A stretch of DNA of 64,000 nucleotides. Origin: Sphyrna mokarran. Lineage: Eukaryota. The notes beneath the pieces were generated by a model. The model was not told where the DNA came from. It searched no databases and saw nothing but the letters and a program-made list of their open reading frames with translations. Made by a program: the position numbers and the translations under genes. The stretch lies in NCBI GenBank assembly GCA_024679065.1, contig JAGIQG010000006.1, forward strand, positions 39,618,001 to 39,682,000, given 5' to 3'. Positions 34,856-49,488 of the stretch are shown in pieces (the first letter of the stretch is position 1; every line of letters begins with the position of its first letter).

Positions 34856-35503
34856 TGTGCTACTAATATGTTTTATGTTTAAGGGGGAACTGCTTTAAGA
34901 GATGCTGGTTTTCTATAATCAGTATGTTGGAAGAAATGCAGCAGATGCTAGCCGATGTGTTATTTAGCAGAAGGCGTAATGGGGTGTTGTTTAAAATTTT
35001 AAATAATGGAAGGTAAATTAGGCTAATAGGAGGAGCTAGGATTGTAGCAAATCATCAGTTTCATTTTCGTTTTAAACAAAGGGCAGTTGCTGCCTGAGCT
35101 GGTATAAAAAAGTGTTTTTTTTCTCTCTCGCTCCCTCCAGAAGTTTTCTCAAAGCTCCAAAACTATTTACAAATATTAAAGAAAGTATTGCTGGGTTTTG
35201 CTAACTAGGTTTAAAGCATGTTTTAAGCCTGTAAGAGACATGTTGCTTGATTGGAATTGATATAGTGATAAGTTAGAACTTAGAATTGTTTCCTTTCGTT
35301 TTTCAACTATTAAAAGTTAAGTGAATTTATTGTTATAGTTAAATTTTGTTGTTAAAGTTTGTTCTGATAAAAGTTCCCTAGTTTATCAGTAGAATAAAGC
35401 CTGGAGCAAAATATGCTATCCTCATTTTTGCCAAAACAGAAAATTGTTGGGGTTCAATTTAGCTTCACAATATATCTTGGCATTCTGATGTTGCATCCTA
35501 ACA
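34856..35503 (+). mobile_element. Possible solo LTR
   Basis: TG...CA ends (tgtgct...cctaaca), near-TSD atac/atat, TATA-like ggtataaaaa at 35101 and AATAAA at about 35393. Confidence 0.4.
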
Positions 35504-38500
35504 ATATAAATAAGCCCAAAATAAAACAGGCCATTGTTTCATTTGAGTTCATTTGAGTCCATTTGTACCTTAAACTACATAAATAATTGTATTAGTTGTT
35601 TTGCATTGAAGTTGTTATTGGTGTCATTGTTAAAGAAATTGTAACTTTTTAGGCAGGTTAAGACTGGAATTATTTTCTGATTTAGATGTTTTTAACAATT
35701 CAGTTGCCTCTTTAAATGTTGATTGAAATTCATCCTCAATTGAATGCGGACATTGTAATGTATGGTAATTATGTTCAGTAATAAACATTTCAAGATTTGT
35801 AACAGATCTTTTGGTTAAATTTACTTTGTAAATAAAATGAGTGTGGATCTGTAGATATACTATATAATATAAAATAACTAATATATATTCAACTTTTCAT
35901 TTGCTGATCGTTGAAGGTACATTTTAGTGATTGCACTTATTGCATAAAGTTAAAGTCTTGACTACTGTATTTGTAATTCGTATTTCTTTTATTAATTTCA
36001 TTCCTATGACTGAGATTATATAAGGTTACCATAACTATTATTTCTGTGGTCATATGATTGAAGGTACTACTCAACTTCAAGAGGTTGAACTCCAACAAAG
36101 GACTTGGCAGCTTTCTATTTGGATGTAATATGTATCAAAAAAAAGCTAAGCTCACACTGTTTTCCAAAGATACACTGTTCACAGCTTTCTCTATAGAGGA
36201 GTGAAGGGTATACTAAAAAGCTGGTGCTTGAAACGTTTTCATAAATTGTAATCATCAAAAAGAGATATATTAAATAGGAGAAAAAGAAGTTAGCAGCCAA
36301 CAGCTTTCAAGGAGGCAATTTCAGAGCAACTTGTACTGCCAAACAACCATAATAAATTCATTGATTTTGTGCAATACTAATTTGTGCTTTGATGTTTGTC
36401 TTCTTTTGAAGAGTGCTGAAATACTATTATATCGCTATGTGATGTAAAATTAGTTGCAACAATTTACTAAGAGACATGTGTAATATTGTAGGATTTTGAG
36501 GTATAAAATACAAGTAATTAAATACTTGAAGGTCCAAATTCCTAATTTCTAACATCAGGCTTGTCAGTTGTGCTTGACCTACAAGATACAAGTAAACAGT
36601 ATTTATTAATCAAGTAGAATTCGTTGAGCAAAGTTTTGCATACACTTAATATGAACCAGTGAAGACAACAAAGAAGTTTACATAGAAGTTCCTGAGCATT
36701 ATCAATACAAGCAATGTCTTTCTCTTCTCCGTCTTTGAAGTGATGTTGAACTGGATTCAGAAGAATCATACCATAGAAGCCACAGTATAATTGTGTCAAT
36801 GAGGATTATCATTTTCCAACTATTATTCTCCAGTCTACATTATTCCAGATCCCTTATTTGGAAATAGTACAAATTCATCACTTCAATTGGCTTAAGATGT
36901 GAATCATCCCATATCACCCCCACTCTGCAATCCCCGCTTATAGGTCGCAAACTGTGACATGGCTCTATCTCTTACTTCCTTGGGCCCACAGAGTTTCCAT
37001 TCTATTGCAAACAGATAATACATTATCTTTCGAAACAGAACAGTTACCAACAAAGTTGCATCCTTATGTCAATAACTCTTCATACTATTATTGGCAGTAA
37101 AGATAGAAAGATTTCCCTCTAATACAGATGTCCTGCCTTACAAATATAAATAATTAATTAAATCAATGCATGGCTGTTTAAATGTAAAGTATCATTTCAG
37201 ACTACTGTTAGCCATTTCTTCAAACAGGTTTGCTGAATACAACTCTTAGGCACTTAAGCCATAAAACAAATAAATGTGTTTCTCACAAACAACTGCTTTG
37301 CTGTAAAGAATCCCAAATAGCCGAAATTCAAACTGAACCATTTTAAAAGATGTCAAGGAATAAAATCCATAGATATTACAAGCTTTAAAATTGGTAGAAT
37401 TATCTAAATCTTACAATGGGCATATTTTCAGTTTTGCTGGCTAAATGTCTTAATGTATAAATGCAGCTATTTGCTTATATTATATAAGTACTGACACAAA
37501 TATGTGATAAATACAACAAATTTAGGTGCATTTTCTAAGTTAATGTTATCAGTAGGAAACCTGCCCCAATGCCAAAATCATAGTACACTCTCTGTAAATT
37601 TTTTCCTTTTAAAATTAATTGGCAGCATACCCACAATATTTCTGTTGCTGGCAGACAAGGCTCTTGGTTGGCAATGTGAACTCAAAATATCAGCCTTATT
37701 TACTTTGATAATTTATATGTGAGTACAAATTATTCATATTTTCTATAACTTTGTTCTGGTAAGCTGCTTTGAAATCAAGTTTACGTGGGAGTTGAGAACG
37801 GAGGTTGGGAACTTCAACTCTCAGTGGTCCTTGGAGTTTTTACACATAGGCAGACTGGGAGCAGGCTGCACATGCGCAATTCTATATTTTCACATTTTAT
37901 GAACTCAGCTTGCCCTTGCATGAATGAAAATGACGTGAAACCCAGGTCAGGTTACCGGGAGGGGACAGGGAGAGGTCCCAGTTAAGTTAAAAAGAGAAGA
38001 GCAGAGAACATGTTTCAAATAGGGAAAGGACTGTGGGTAGCAGACTTTAAGTGAAAAGGGCTCAAAGGTGATCTTGATAACTGAAGAGGATTAGGGAGAA
38101 GCACTGATGATCCAAGAAGACGGCCAAAGTTTGGTGGCGCCATGCTGCAGGCCACTGGGTCAAAGATAGTGTGTTAGAACAGTAGTGTTCTGCTTGGCAA
38201 GCTCCAAGAGCTCAAGTTATGCTTTTGAATTGGTGTTGAGCATTGAATGTTTTCTTAAAAATCCAGAGGAACAGAATCTTGGAAGACAGAGTTGGAGTAA
38301 TTTTTGAAGAGAATTTCCAGGTTAGATCTTCAAAGATGAAGCCTGGAATCCCTTGTGAAGGAAACAGAATTTTAGTGACATTGTTTGACTCCCAGTGTTT
38401 ATTGATGTCTAGGTAGGTTGTTGAGAAATCACATTGAAGTGGCTGTTGTGGACTGATGTGTATGAACACAACTTGCATGCTGATGGAATGTTAGGGTATA

Positions 38501-39992
38501 AAATAGATATCGTGAATGGTTTTATCTTTCTGACCTTTTGTTGTAAAGTTTATTTTTGTTTGTTTGTGAAAGCTAGTGGCTTTATTCGCTGATCACAGTC
38601 TTCAATACCAAAATCTGCCTACATTAAACAAAATGCTATTGGTTTCTAATTGAATCTTAGTAAAGCATGGAGATCTGATCAAGGATCGTGACAATATGTT
38701 CCACAGCTAGTTGACAAAGTGATTCAGTTCCACTTCCAAAATGCTTTATGTTTAATTTTTTTAAACAATTAACTACCTGGCTTAGCAAAATAAATGTAGC
38801 TTGGAAAATATGACTGGAAATAGACTCTTAAAAATGGATTAGAGTTTGCATGTTTGCACCATGATAAATAAAGTCAGTTAATTTTATTTAAATTTGCTCC
38901 CAGACAATGTAACAAATTGGTTTCTTTGAAACATAGGAGTTATAGCACAAAAACATGTTGTTTGGTTCAGCACACCCGTTTGAGTATTGTCTCTTACTAG
39001 GAAAAATATATAGCTTTAAACTTAATTTGTATTTGTGATTTAAGAAAGGTGAAACATGGCTCTAGTTTCGTTCAGAGTTCCTTTCTGTGCTGGGTGCTGG
39101 TAGCCTGGAGGCCCTGTTTGTAAACGTGCATTTTCAAAGAGGTTTTACCACCCTTGGAATGAAGGGTAGGGTAAGAAAGAGCTTAGCAGTTTAGTGAATT
39201 TGGGAAACAAAATAAAGCAGAAAAACTATGTTTATGCACCCTGACAGGAGTTGAGGGACATGCAGAGACACAGGGCCATCAATCAATGTGTGTATGCCAC
39301 AGAGTTCAGGCATGAGTTTGAAACTCTCAACTAAGAAATTATTCAAGGCTGCTGGGAAACTGCATTTAGGAACTTGCTGTGAAATTGAAATAATAGTGAA
39401 TGTGGATTGTAGTTTTGGGGTGTCTCAGGGGGAGATACCAGCTGGAAACAAAGCTTCCAGTGAATACTCAGAAAGCCATTGAAGAAAACCATTTGCAACT
39501 GAGTCAGCCGAAGCAAGAGGCCATGGTGTTGAGATTCTGGTAATTCTTTACAAGGTTGTGTCCCTATAAGGATATTTCTATGATAAAAAGAGTAGTGTGA
39601 GTTTGGATTAGTTTCTGGTGTTTGTATTGAAATCCTTCCAACTGTTTTGTGCAATAAAGTTCATTTTTCTTGCTCAATAAACATTTTAACCTTTGTGTTA
39701 TAAGCACACAAGCAAACTCTTCTGAATACGTTCAGTAATTCACCTCCATGGTTTCTTTAAACAAAAAAAAGTTCGGATCTATTTAGCTAGCTCTCACTAT
39801 AAGTTGTTATGTATTAGCATCAGCTAGGCTTGTAATACTCTTATTAATCCTATTTCTTGTCTCTTCCCCATGTTTTATTATTGCTGATTTTAAATATTAA
39901 CACAGTTATTTTATAAATTCTGATGTACTGTTTGCTTCAAGAGTTAATTGGTAACATCCATGTTCTAATGCCCCTCTGGAAAGTAATGTTTC

Positions 39993-40327
39993 CCATAGAA
40001 AATCAGCAGTGCAGCAGGGGTCCGTTTGGTTCTGCACTGCTCAGAGATAGCATCTTTTCCAGACCCATCCCACCTCACCCCAACCTGTAAACCTGTACAT
40101 TTATTGTTGCTAATCCATCTAACCTACACATCTTTGGACACTGAGGGGTAATTTAGCATGGTTGATCCACCTAACCTGCTCATCTTTGGAATGTGGGAGG
40201 AAACCAGAGCACCCAGAGAAAACCCTTGCAGACACTGGGGGAACATGTCAACTTCACACACTCACTCAAGGCAGGGTCCCTGGTGCTGTGAGGCGGCAGT
40301 GCTAACCACTGTGCCACCATGCCATCC
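39993..40327 (-). mobile_element. HE1-like V-SINE
   Basis: Reverse-complement head (gcagtgctaaccactgtgccacc) and V-domain (tgtgggaggaaaccagagcacc). Confidence 0.85.
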
Positions 40328-42467
40328 ACTATTTTTTCTAATATTCTCTTCTGTTTATCTAACAATAATCTTGATCCTTTGTTAACTGTGTTTTCTACAA
40401 ATTTCCCTTAATTTTCTTGCTCTTGTGCTCAATACCCTGATGTATATTTGGCATTTTTCCTTCCACAATCTTTTCTAATTGTATTTCCATCTTTAAAAAT
40501 CTAACTATCTGAATTCTCCTATACCTCTGTTTTTATCTGGTTTTGAATCGTACCATTCAGGTCATCTTCCTTTGCTTTTCATTTTCTCTGAATGCACTAC
40601 TGCTCAATCCTGTTTTTACAAAATGGGTCAGCGCTGAGTTCTTTCCTTAAAAATAATAGCTCACCCTTAGAATTATAGTAAAACACACGAAGATATTAAT
40701 AGCATTGGAGGCCATGATAAATAAATATGTTGTTTATTAAATTGACAGTGTGTGTTCAAGTGATTTCATGTGTTTGAGAGGAGCAGCCAATGCCTCAGCG
40801 TGCGTAACTATCACTTCCATTCCGTAAAACCAGCATTTCCAGTAAAATGGCTCTATGTAAAAATATGATTTACCTTTACTTCATTTTTATGTTTATGCAC
40901 CTGCCGTTCTGCATATTTGTCAGTATCATTGCATAATATCCTATATTCTCCTTCACCGTTTGCCATGACCTCTAATTTATTATTGTAATTCTACTTATGC
41001 TGGTGTCCAAATCACTTAAATAAATAGGAAACAATCAGATCTCTGTGGAGATCTTTAAAACTCTCCACAACCTCTATTTTCCACTTATGTTACTTTACCC
41101 CAGTCTGTTATTTATTAGGAGTGAACTGCAAATGGTTTTCATGCCAGTGAGGCGTTCATCCTATTAAAGAATTAAAAAATATCTTTGGTAATTAAAGTTC
41201 CTGACTGTTATCGTTAGGCTGCATCTGCATGTTTTCCTTAGTTTATCCACAGATTTCTTTTTTGCAACTCTTTCTGTACCCTGGCTAGCTATCTATTCAT
41301 ATGACTGCATTCCCTTATGCCATGCCTTCATAATGTCACTTATGTGGCATCAAATGAAATGTTTCTGAAAATCCAAATGCGTAACATCTACATACAAGAA
41401 TCTTAGGCCAGCAACCAGCTTGTTCAGGAAATTTGACACACTGCTCACAGTTTTCATGCATTAAAATCCCTTTATCTGTGCATCCTGATTTGCAAAAAAA
41501 TTAAATCATAGTCAAGCATGAAAGGCTTTTTAGTTCCAAATCTGTGTTGACCTGCAATGATTTGGCCTTCTCTTGCCAAGATTTTGTTAGGTTCATCCTA
41601 TACATTTGCCTTCTACGGAGTATAAGGATATGACCGCATGACAAACTAATGGCAAAATTAATGAGCCCAGTTGAGGATGTGAGGGAAATGAATGCCTTGG
41701 AGTTCTATAGATGAGTGCCAGGACTCTAGAGAATAAAATTTGTAATTTGGAAATCTTTGCTGGCAGGGGAAGCAATATTATCCAGGGTGCATCATGAAGT
41801 GTAATTCAACAATGACACGTTTTGGCTAAATATACTGTATAACATAACAGTTTATCGGGGTAGAAAAAATGAACTGAAAAGAGGTATAGCGTTTTATGTG
41901 TGTACTTAAGCCTGAATGAAACATGGAGATTCTTAAAAAGTGTTGGCAACTCAGTTTTAATAGAAAAATGAAAATGGGGCAGCTGATGTGTCTAAGGGGG
42001 TTGTGGAAGAGTCTCTACAAGAAATAATATTTAAAATGGAATTGTAGTAAAACTGTGGTTAAATTATTGAATGGTCTCCCAAAAGAAAACATCTCACAAC
42101 TGATAGACAGACACAGTATGATGTAAATCAGTCACCATGGAGTTAAAGGAAAGAAGGGTTGCTTTCAATAAATTCACTGGAGTTTTTAAAGGAAAAGATG
42201 GGCTTTTATGATCAATTAAATTCCATGTGCTATTTTTAAATTTCAGTGAAGCTTTTGACGCCATGCCATACAAGCAAATAGTCCACAAGCCAAAACCTAA
42301 TTTGACCATTGTGATTTTTCTGATTTAATGTCCTTATCATTTTTGATACAGTTTCTTTTTGAATATTTATCTGCACTGGTGCACTCCTCCGATTCCTTCA
42401 GTTTCATTTTTTTCACCTGCTGTAAATATTGAACTTGTTCAGCATGTCTGTCTTTCTCTTTTGATCA

Positions 42468-43730
42468 TTGTACCTTGGAAAGGATATATTGACCTTGGAA
42501 GGAATGCAGCTCAGTTTCACCAGGATATTGCCAGGAGTCCAAAGGTTAGATTTTGAGGACAGATTACACGAAACTAGGCTCGTATTTTTTGAAATATAAA
42601 AAGTTAAAGGGTAATTTGACGTTTTATGGATTTTGAAAGGAAAATGATTTGGTAAGTAAGGGTGTTTAATTTTGGTAGGACAAACTTGAATGCAGATTAC
42701 AGGGTAACGGCAGGGTTCTGAAGAATGTGGAGGAGCAGAGAGATCTGGGGTTCATATCCACAGATCTCTGAAGGTTGCCACTCAAGTCGGTAGAGCCGTA
42801 AAGAAGGCTTATAGTGTGCTACATTTATTAACATGGGGTTTGAGTTTAAGAGCTATGGGGTTATGCTGCAACTACAGAGGATCTTGGTGAGACCATATTT
42901 GGAATATTGTGTTCAGTTCTGGTCACCTCACAATAAGAAGGATGTTGAAGCATTGAAGAGAGTGCAGAGGAGATTTTCTAGGATGCTGCCTGGTTTGAAG
43001 GATAGGTCCTATGAGTATAGGCTGGGGGAGCTGGGGGTTTTCTTTTTGGAGCGGAGGAGGATGAGAGATGACTTAATAGAGATTTATAAGATGATGAAGG
43101 GAATAGATAGACTAGACGTGTAGAGATTATTTCTTCAGGTGGATGTAGCTGTTACTAGGGGGCATAACTTTAAGGTTCATGCTGGAAGATATAGGAGGGA
43201 TGTCTGGGGTAGATTCTTTACTCAGAGAGTGGTTGGGGTGTGGAATGCACTGCCTGCTGTGATAGTGGAGTCGGACACTTTAGGAACTTTCAGGCAGTTA
43301 TTGGATAGGCACAAGGAGCACACCAGAATGATAGGGAGTGGGATAGCTTGATCTTGGGTTCGGACATAGCTCAGCACAACATCGAGGCCCGAAGGGAGTG
43401 GAACGATAGTGAAAACAAAACTTTTTACTGGCGGAGGAACCTCGGACAAAGGGACATAACATTAAAGTCAAAACAGGAGAGATATTAGAAAACACTTCTT
43501 CATGTAAAAGATAAAAGTATGAAAACCTCTCCCACGAAAAGGAAATACATGCTAGCTCAACAGATAATATTAAATCTGAGATCAATACAGTTTTACTGGA
43601 TAAGGCAGTTTTAAAAAAATGGAGCCAAGACCATTGGATTGAGTTAAGAAGTATAAAAACGATGATTTCATTGAATGGCGGAGCATGTTCCTGGGGCTGA
43701 ATGGCCTACTACTCTTCTGTGTTCCACCAT
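42468..43730 (+). mobile_element. Old CR1 3' fragment containing a nested younger CR1 fragment (about 42655-43408)
   Basis: The inner copy encodes ILVRPYLEYCVQFWSPHNKKDVEALKRVQRRF and VTRGHNFKV...RFFTQRVVGVWNALP. The outer flanks rejoin as a more decayed CR1 end. Confidence 0.85.
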
Positions 43731-44366
43731 ACACAAATACAAGATGATCCCCCTCATTTTAAGTGGTCTCATTTTTTCTTTGACGATCCTTTTAGTTATT
43801 TTCTAAGAAAAAATCATTGCCATTTTTCTTCACCATCTCACCTCTCTCTTTTCTGCTCTTCTATACCTTTCATAATTCCTAAGCTTTCTTCCAAATTATG
43901 AACTCTAAATTGATCATTTGCCTCTTCTGCTTTTATCCATGGAAACCCAGCCTTTGACAAACACTGCTTACTCCAAGGAATATATTTAACTTTATATCTT
44001 CACTATTTTCTATTTAAATATCTACCAAATGTGGTTCACTGCGTGACTTGCCATTTTCTCAACCATTGATCTTTGTGTTTCCACAATTCTTTGTGAAAGC
44101 ATCCATATATGAATCAGATAATAGATATTGTGCTTTCATGATGATGCAGTCTGAGAACTGCTTACTTAAATGGCATCTGAGAAAATGGCAGTAAACTGTA
44201 TAAAAAATGATTGCATTTGCATCAGGGAGGGGATTACTAGGAAGGCTGTTGTTGCTAGTGAGACAGTAACATTTTGTTTCTCAGTAGTATGGAATGCTTG
44301 CTGGTAGAGTGCCAAAGACTATTTGGTTATTTGAATTAAAACTCCATCTGTCACTGTTTATTACAG

Positions 44367-44415
44367 GGGTCCCGGAGGCGGTCGACCATGGCCAAATCCA
44401 CCTAATGCCAACTCA
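44367..44415 (+). CDS. SSBP2: SSBP2 coding exon G (M-GPGGGRPWPNPPNANS), 49 nt, phase 2-0
   Basis: Acceptor ttattacag| and donor TCA|gtaagt. Matches GPGGGRPWPNPTNANS. Confidence 0.95.
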
Positions 44416-45657
44416 GTAAGTATGTCTTAATGCTCATGTGACCCCCACACAGCAAGGAATGCACCTGTAGCCTCTATGTATTTAACTGGTTAGCTGTGAT
44501 GCACCTGCTGAAATACTATTCACTGCATTATAAAAATATTCCTTGCACTATTGTAATAATTGCTCCATCATTTAAAAAAAACTGCAAACAATGTGGTCCA
44601 ACAGTGAATGGAATATCATTTATATATTTTCTTCTCCTTCTGAAATTCAATTCTTTCTTCTCTTTGGTTCCAGTGTTCTTTGGTTCCCGGAAACTTGGTA
44701 CTGATTTGGCATTTTTAAATGTCACATTATTTTTAGTGAATTTTGAACATTTCCCCAGTTATTTGTTTGGCGGGGATACTATTTTGTGGGGAGTGTATGC
44801 CCAATGGACACAGTGGGAGATATGCCACCCTTCTCAAAACTTCCCCCAGGGATCAGAAAATTGTGGCAGAGATGTTATGAGGCCACTTAAGTGGTATATT
44901 CTTGTCCACTTAAGGGCCTTAAAAAGCCCAAGGGTGGGCTCCTTATCCATTCCCCTGTAATATGGTGGAACAAATCAGGGGTGGGTGGCAAGGTGGTGGG
45001 CTGGCCAGCCATTTTATTTATTTGAAGGCGCCTCTCGCCATCTTCAAATACACTGGCCGGGAACAGAAAATTGACCTTGATTTTTTTTTCAAGTACACAT
45101 CAAGTAAATTAGGGTTGGTGGTTAGATGGCTGGTATGTAGTTCAGAATGATACTTGCAGCACAGCTTTGTTTTCCATTCCGCCCAAGATGGACTTGGGAT
45201 CTGCTTCCTTGCCCTGCCCCTGATGGTGGAAAGCAATGACAAACTGATCACAGACAAAAACTGCCAAGAAAATGGCAAGTTGGTAACGTATTTAGTAATT
45301 GCAGAATGTTCAGCTTTTCAATATTTGTGTCTTAACAGCATCAGTATTGTCAGAGATGGTTCAAATGAGCTGAGGCTTCAGAATTAAAGTCTAATTACCA
45401 ACATAAATTTGTATAAAATTTCACTTTGTCTACCTGAATAGTGATGATCATGTTTAAAACATATTTGTAATTAAAACACATAGAGAGAGATCAAAATACT
45501 CGTATAGTTTATTTATAGCGGTATAACATCAATAAAATAATGTAAATCTTTGTCCAATTATTGTGGATTACTTGTTCACAATTCCTTTCTGATTTAGGCT
45601 TTAACAGTGAAATTAGAAAGGGAGAAAAGATGAATTGACAGTTATTTTTTGTTACAG

Positions 45658-45693
45658 ATACCATATTCATCAGCATCGCCTGGCAATTATGTG
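45658..45693 (+). CDS. SSBP2: SSBP2 coding exon H (IPYSSASPGNYV), 36 nt, phase 0-0
   Basis: Acceptor ttttgttacag| and donor GTG|gtgagt. Matches the recalled SSBP2 peptide. Confidence 0.95.
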
Positions 45694-46809
45694 GTGAGTG
45701 GCATTTTACTGTTCTTTGTGGGTTACGCTATTTAGTTCCAAATGTGGAAATAGTTGGCCAGATGTTAACAGCAGTGCCAAGTGTTTTGGCTGAGAAGTGA
45801 ACATCTGATTTTTGTGTTTGGTTGTTTTGTCTGGCATTCATAGTGCATATGTTGATGTTGATTAGTAAATCAGTAATCAGTCTGGTCAAAATTGCTCTGA
45901 AAACTGTTATGCATCAGCATATGGTGCTGTGGCAATAGTCTTCAATAATAAACAAGAAAAGACAACACATTACTGGCAACCAGGCGTTTGGATATTTAAA
46001 TTTGAGCAACATCAAAATTGCTTAAATAGAAGAAAGTTCATTTACTAAAAATAGTTTATACTCGTTTTATGTGCACACTGTCAGTAAATAGTACAATATT
46101 CAGATTCAACATCAAAATGTATGCCACGTGTGGAGGAAACTCTGAAATGCAATTTGACTCTGGGATTGTCACACGATAGGACACTGTCTTGTGGCAGGTT
46201 TTGTGAATTCTGTGACGGTATCCCAATTAAAAATGTGGTATTCAGTACAGTAGCAGAAAAGGACTTCTATCCCTCAAATTGTGTCCCTTTGATAACTAGC
46301 TAAAAAGAGAAGCACAAAGCTTAATACAGTTTGTGCTAAATAGAAAGTCTGTTGTGATATTATTTTAAGAAAAGAGGCACCAAAGTCTTGTTTTTTTCAA
46401 ATAACTTCTTGATGCATATTTTGGACCATATGGGTCCTGTTATTACACCTAAGGGTTCTGCTGTCCTAAAAGTGAGATACGGAGTCTGCTTATTGAAGTC
46501 ACCAACACTGTTAAAATAAGAGAGTATTATATCTACCCTGGCAAATTAAGCTTTGTAACAAAGCCTTATTTATAGCTTTTTCGACCTGCCCTCAGAGGAC
46601 AATATTTTATAGACTTCTATCAACAGGCTTGAAGGCATAGGCCAGTAAAATCCTGTGAGTGTCCTTTCTTCCCTGATCTTACTGCAAATTTAAATGGGGC
46701 TGGTGAGGCCTAAGATAGTCTACCAGTCCTCGCACCAATTGAGGTCTTTAAGTGGCCAAGTAATTGCCACCTGCAAATTTTAGACTGCTGAGAGGAGTTG
46801 AAGGCCATT

Positions 46810-48165
46810 GTTTTCATTATTTATTCATGAGACATGGGCTTTACTGGCTTGACCTGCATTTGTTGCCCATTGCTAAGTGTCCTTGAAAAGGTGGTGTGTG
46901 CTACCTTATGGAACTGCTGAAATTAATGTGTTGCAGGAAAACCTGCAGTAATGTTAAGAAGGGAATTCCTGCATTTTGACCCAGCGGCAGATGGAATGGT
47001 GATCTAATTCTAAATCAGGATTGTTTGCATCTCTGAGGGGAATTTGAAAGTGGTGGTGGATGGAATGTCAGTCAAGCAAGCTGAGATATATTGAGCCTCT
47101 TTTGGAGCAGAACTCATCCAGGAAAATTAGATTCTCTCTTGTTCAAGATGGTCATTGCCTGGCGTTTATGTGGCATGAATATTACTTCCTACTTATAAGT
47201 CCAAATCTTGCCACATATTTACACAAGTACTTCAATATCTGAAGGGTTGCAAATGGTGTGGAACATTATGCAATAGTTTGTGGACATTCCCACCTCTGAA
47301 GGTGAAGGAAAGGATATTAATGAAACAGGTGAAGATGGTTGAGCCTTAAGCACTATCCTGAGGAACTCCTGCAGCAATGTCCTTGGACTGAGGTGATTGG
47401 TTTCCAACATCAGTTTTCCTTTATGTCAGGTATGACTCCAACCAGTGGAGAGTTTTCCACTTGATTCCCATTAACTTCAATAAAAGCTCCTTGGTACACT
47501 CGGACAAATGCCATCTCATTTCACTCCTTGTTAAATTCTTTTGACCATGTTTGGATCGTGCTATAATGGGTCCAGCTTGTGTGGCCCTAGCAGAACCTAA
47601 ACTGAGTGCTAGTGAACAGGTTGTTATGAACTAAGTATTGCTTAATAGCATTGTTGATGACATCTTCCATCACTTTGCTGATAATCAAGTGTAGATTGAT
47701 GGGGTAGTCATTAGTTGGATCGCCTTGTTTTTTGTATACAAAATGTAGCTGGGCAATTTTCCACATTGCAGAGTAGCTGCCAATTTTATAATTTGTCGAA
47801 AGGCACACATCTTCACTATTGCCAGAATGTTATCAGGGATCATTGTCTTCAATGTAACCAGTACCTTCAGCTGTCATATGGAACAAATTGAATTGGGTAA
47901 AGATTGGCATCTGTGATGTTGGGGACCAAAAGAAGGCTAAGATAAGAAGGCTAAGATGAATCATCCACTTAGCACTTTTGGATGAAGATGGATGCAAATG
48001 CTCCAGGCTTGTCATTTGTACAGACATGATGGGACCCTCCATCACTGAGATTGGGGATATTTGTCAAAAGACCTCATCCAGCTAGTTGCTTAATTTTCCA
48101 TCATTACTGGATGCGACCGGACTGCTGAGCATATGTCTGCACTGTCGGATGTAGAATCAATCAGC
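46810..48165 (-). mobile_element. Decayed CR1-group LINE with internal deletions, apparently inserted in a MITE-like element (about 46570-48580)
   Basis: ORF 47587..47808 (WKIAQLHFVYKKQGDPTNDYPINLHLIISKVMEDVINNAIKQYLVHNNLFTSTQFRF) is an RT N-terminal region. The same tail recurs at 51935-52050. Confidence 0.8.
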
Positions 48166-48869
48166 AGGTTAGCCTGTTAGACCTTGGGAGGGAATGGGGA
48201 ATGGGATGGCCACCTGTCTCACTGGACTCCTTTCCCACACCAGACCCATACCTCCATCCCTCACCCATGTCATGAACTTCCTTGGCTCCAGCAAGAGAAT
48301 CTGGACTTCCTAGCATCCTGGCTTCCTAGCACTTTGTTCAAAGGAGTCCCAACAGCGACCACTAGATATGCTGATGGACTACAGGGCTACCAGACAATTA
48401 GATGGCTGGCAGCTCTCTAATAATGAACATTCTCCCCACACAGAGTAGATGGCCCATCCCCTTCCACTAATTGCCTGACAGTTAAATAGCAATGGGGCAA
48501 GCATCAGGAGTAAAGGTGAGTTACCTGCCAACGTTTTCAATGGCACAGCAGGAAATGGCACCATTTGAAAACTTCATCCCATAAATTTCAGCTAATTATT
48601 TATGTCGTTGGATAATTACATGATAACAGTATGAAATTATTTAGATCAGGTTGGATGATTTTTTTTAACTATGAGACAGTGGCAATAGTTTGAACTAGAT
48701 GCTTAAAACAGAATGTTGGGCTTGTGGGCTTTTAGTAAGCACTGTGATGAATATCTCGCTCATGGTTCATCTTGTGAACTTAAGGAAACTAAAATGCTGT
48801 TTTAGTGGTTGCCAGGACCATTGAGCAATGAGTAGTCATTGAGGCAGTCTAGATGAGAGTGACAATTGA

Positions 48870-49015
48870 GAGAATTCAGAGGCTGCGGGGGAAGGCGGCG
48901 CAGTTCTCCCATCCCTCCCGCAATGGGAATTATAGCAGGCAGGGGGCAGACTATGCAGAAGTTTGTTGACCTCAGGTAGGATTTTTTGGTTTTGGGGCAA
49001 GCAGAAAACCCTACC
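48870..49015. mobile_element. Short MITE (family also at about 20330-20530 and 58610-58738)
   Basis: Shared core gggaatt.tagcaggc.ggggg.ag...ttgacct.gg..ggattt...gttttggg...aaaa.cct.cc. Confidence 0.6.
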
Positions 49016-49283
49016 TTAGTTCTTCAAAACTGAAGAATTGAAAGCCTTATGAGGGAGAAAGAATTTTAACAAGATTTAATAACTCATATAGTCACTGACA
49101 TCTGGGTAAATTGCTGAAAAATTTGCAAGGTCTTTCTTGGTCACATCTGCCATTAAATGTACAGTATGGTGTGTTTGACACGTTTTGCTGATTAATTCAT
49201 ATTTACTTTGTTTATTGTTGGATAAATATGAATTGTATTTTCCTGCATTTTTATTTGCTTGTTTAAAACCATGAAATCTTAAG

Positions 49284-49488
49284 ACTAAAAGAGAAAATGC
49301 TGGAAAATCTCAGCAGGTCTGGCAGCATCTTAAGGAGACGTTTCGAATCCCCAAAGGATTTGAGAAAGAATCATCTGGACTCGAAATGTCAGCTCTTTTC
49401 CCTCTTTACAGATGCTGCCAGACCTGCTGAGATTTCCAGCATTGTTTCTTTTGGTTACGGATTCCAGCATCCACAGTAATGTGTTTTT
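49284..49488 (+). mobile_element. Second Penelope-derived fold-back family, with a perfect 13-bp TSD
   Basis: Arms atgctggaaaatctcagcaggtctggcagcatct / agatgctgccagacctgctgagatttccagcat. TSD atgaaatcttaag at 49271-49283 and 49489-49501. Confidence 0.85.
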
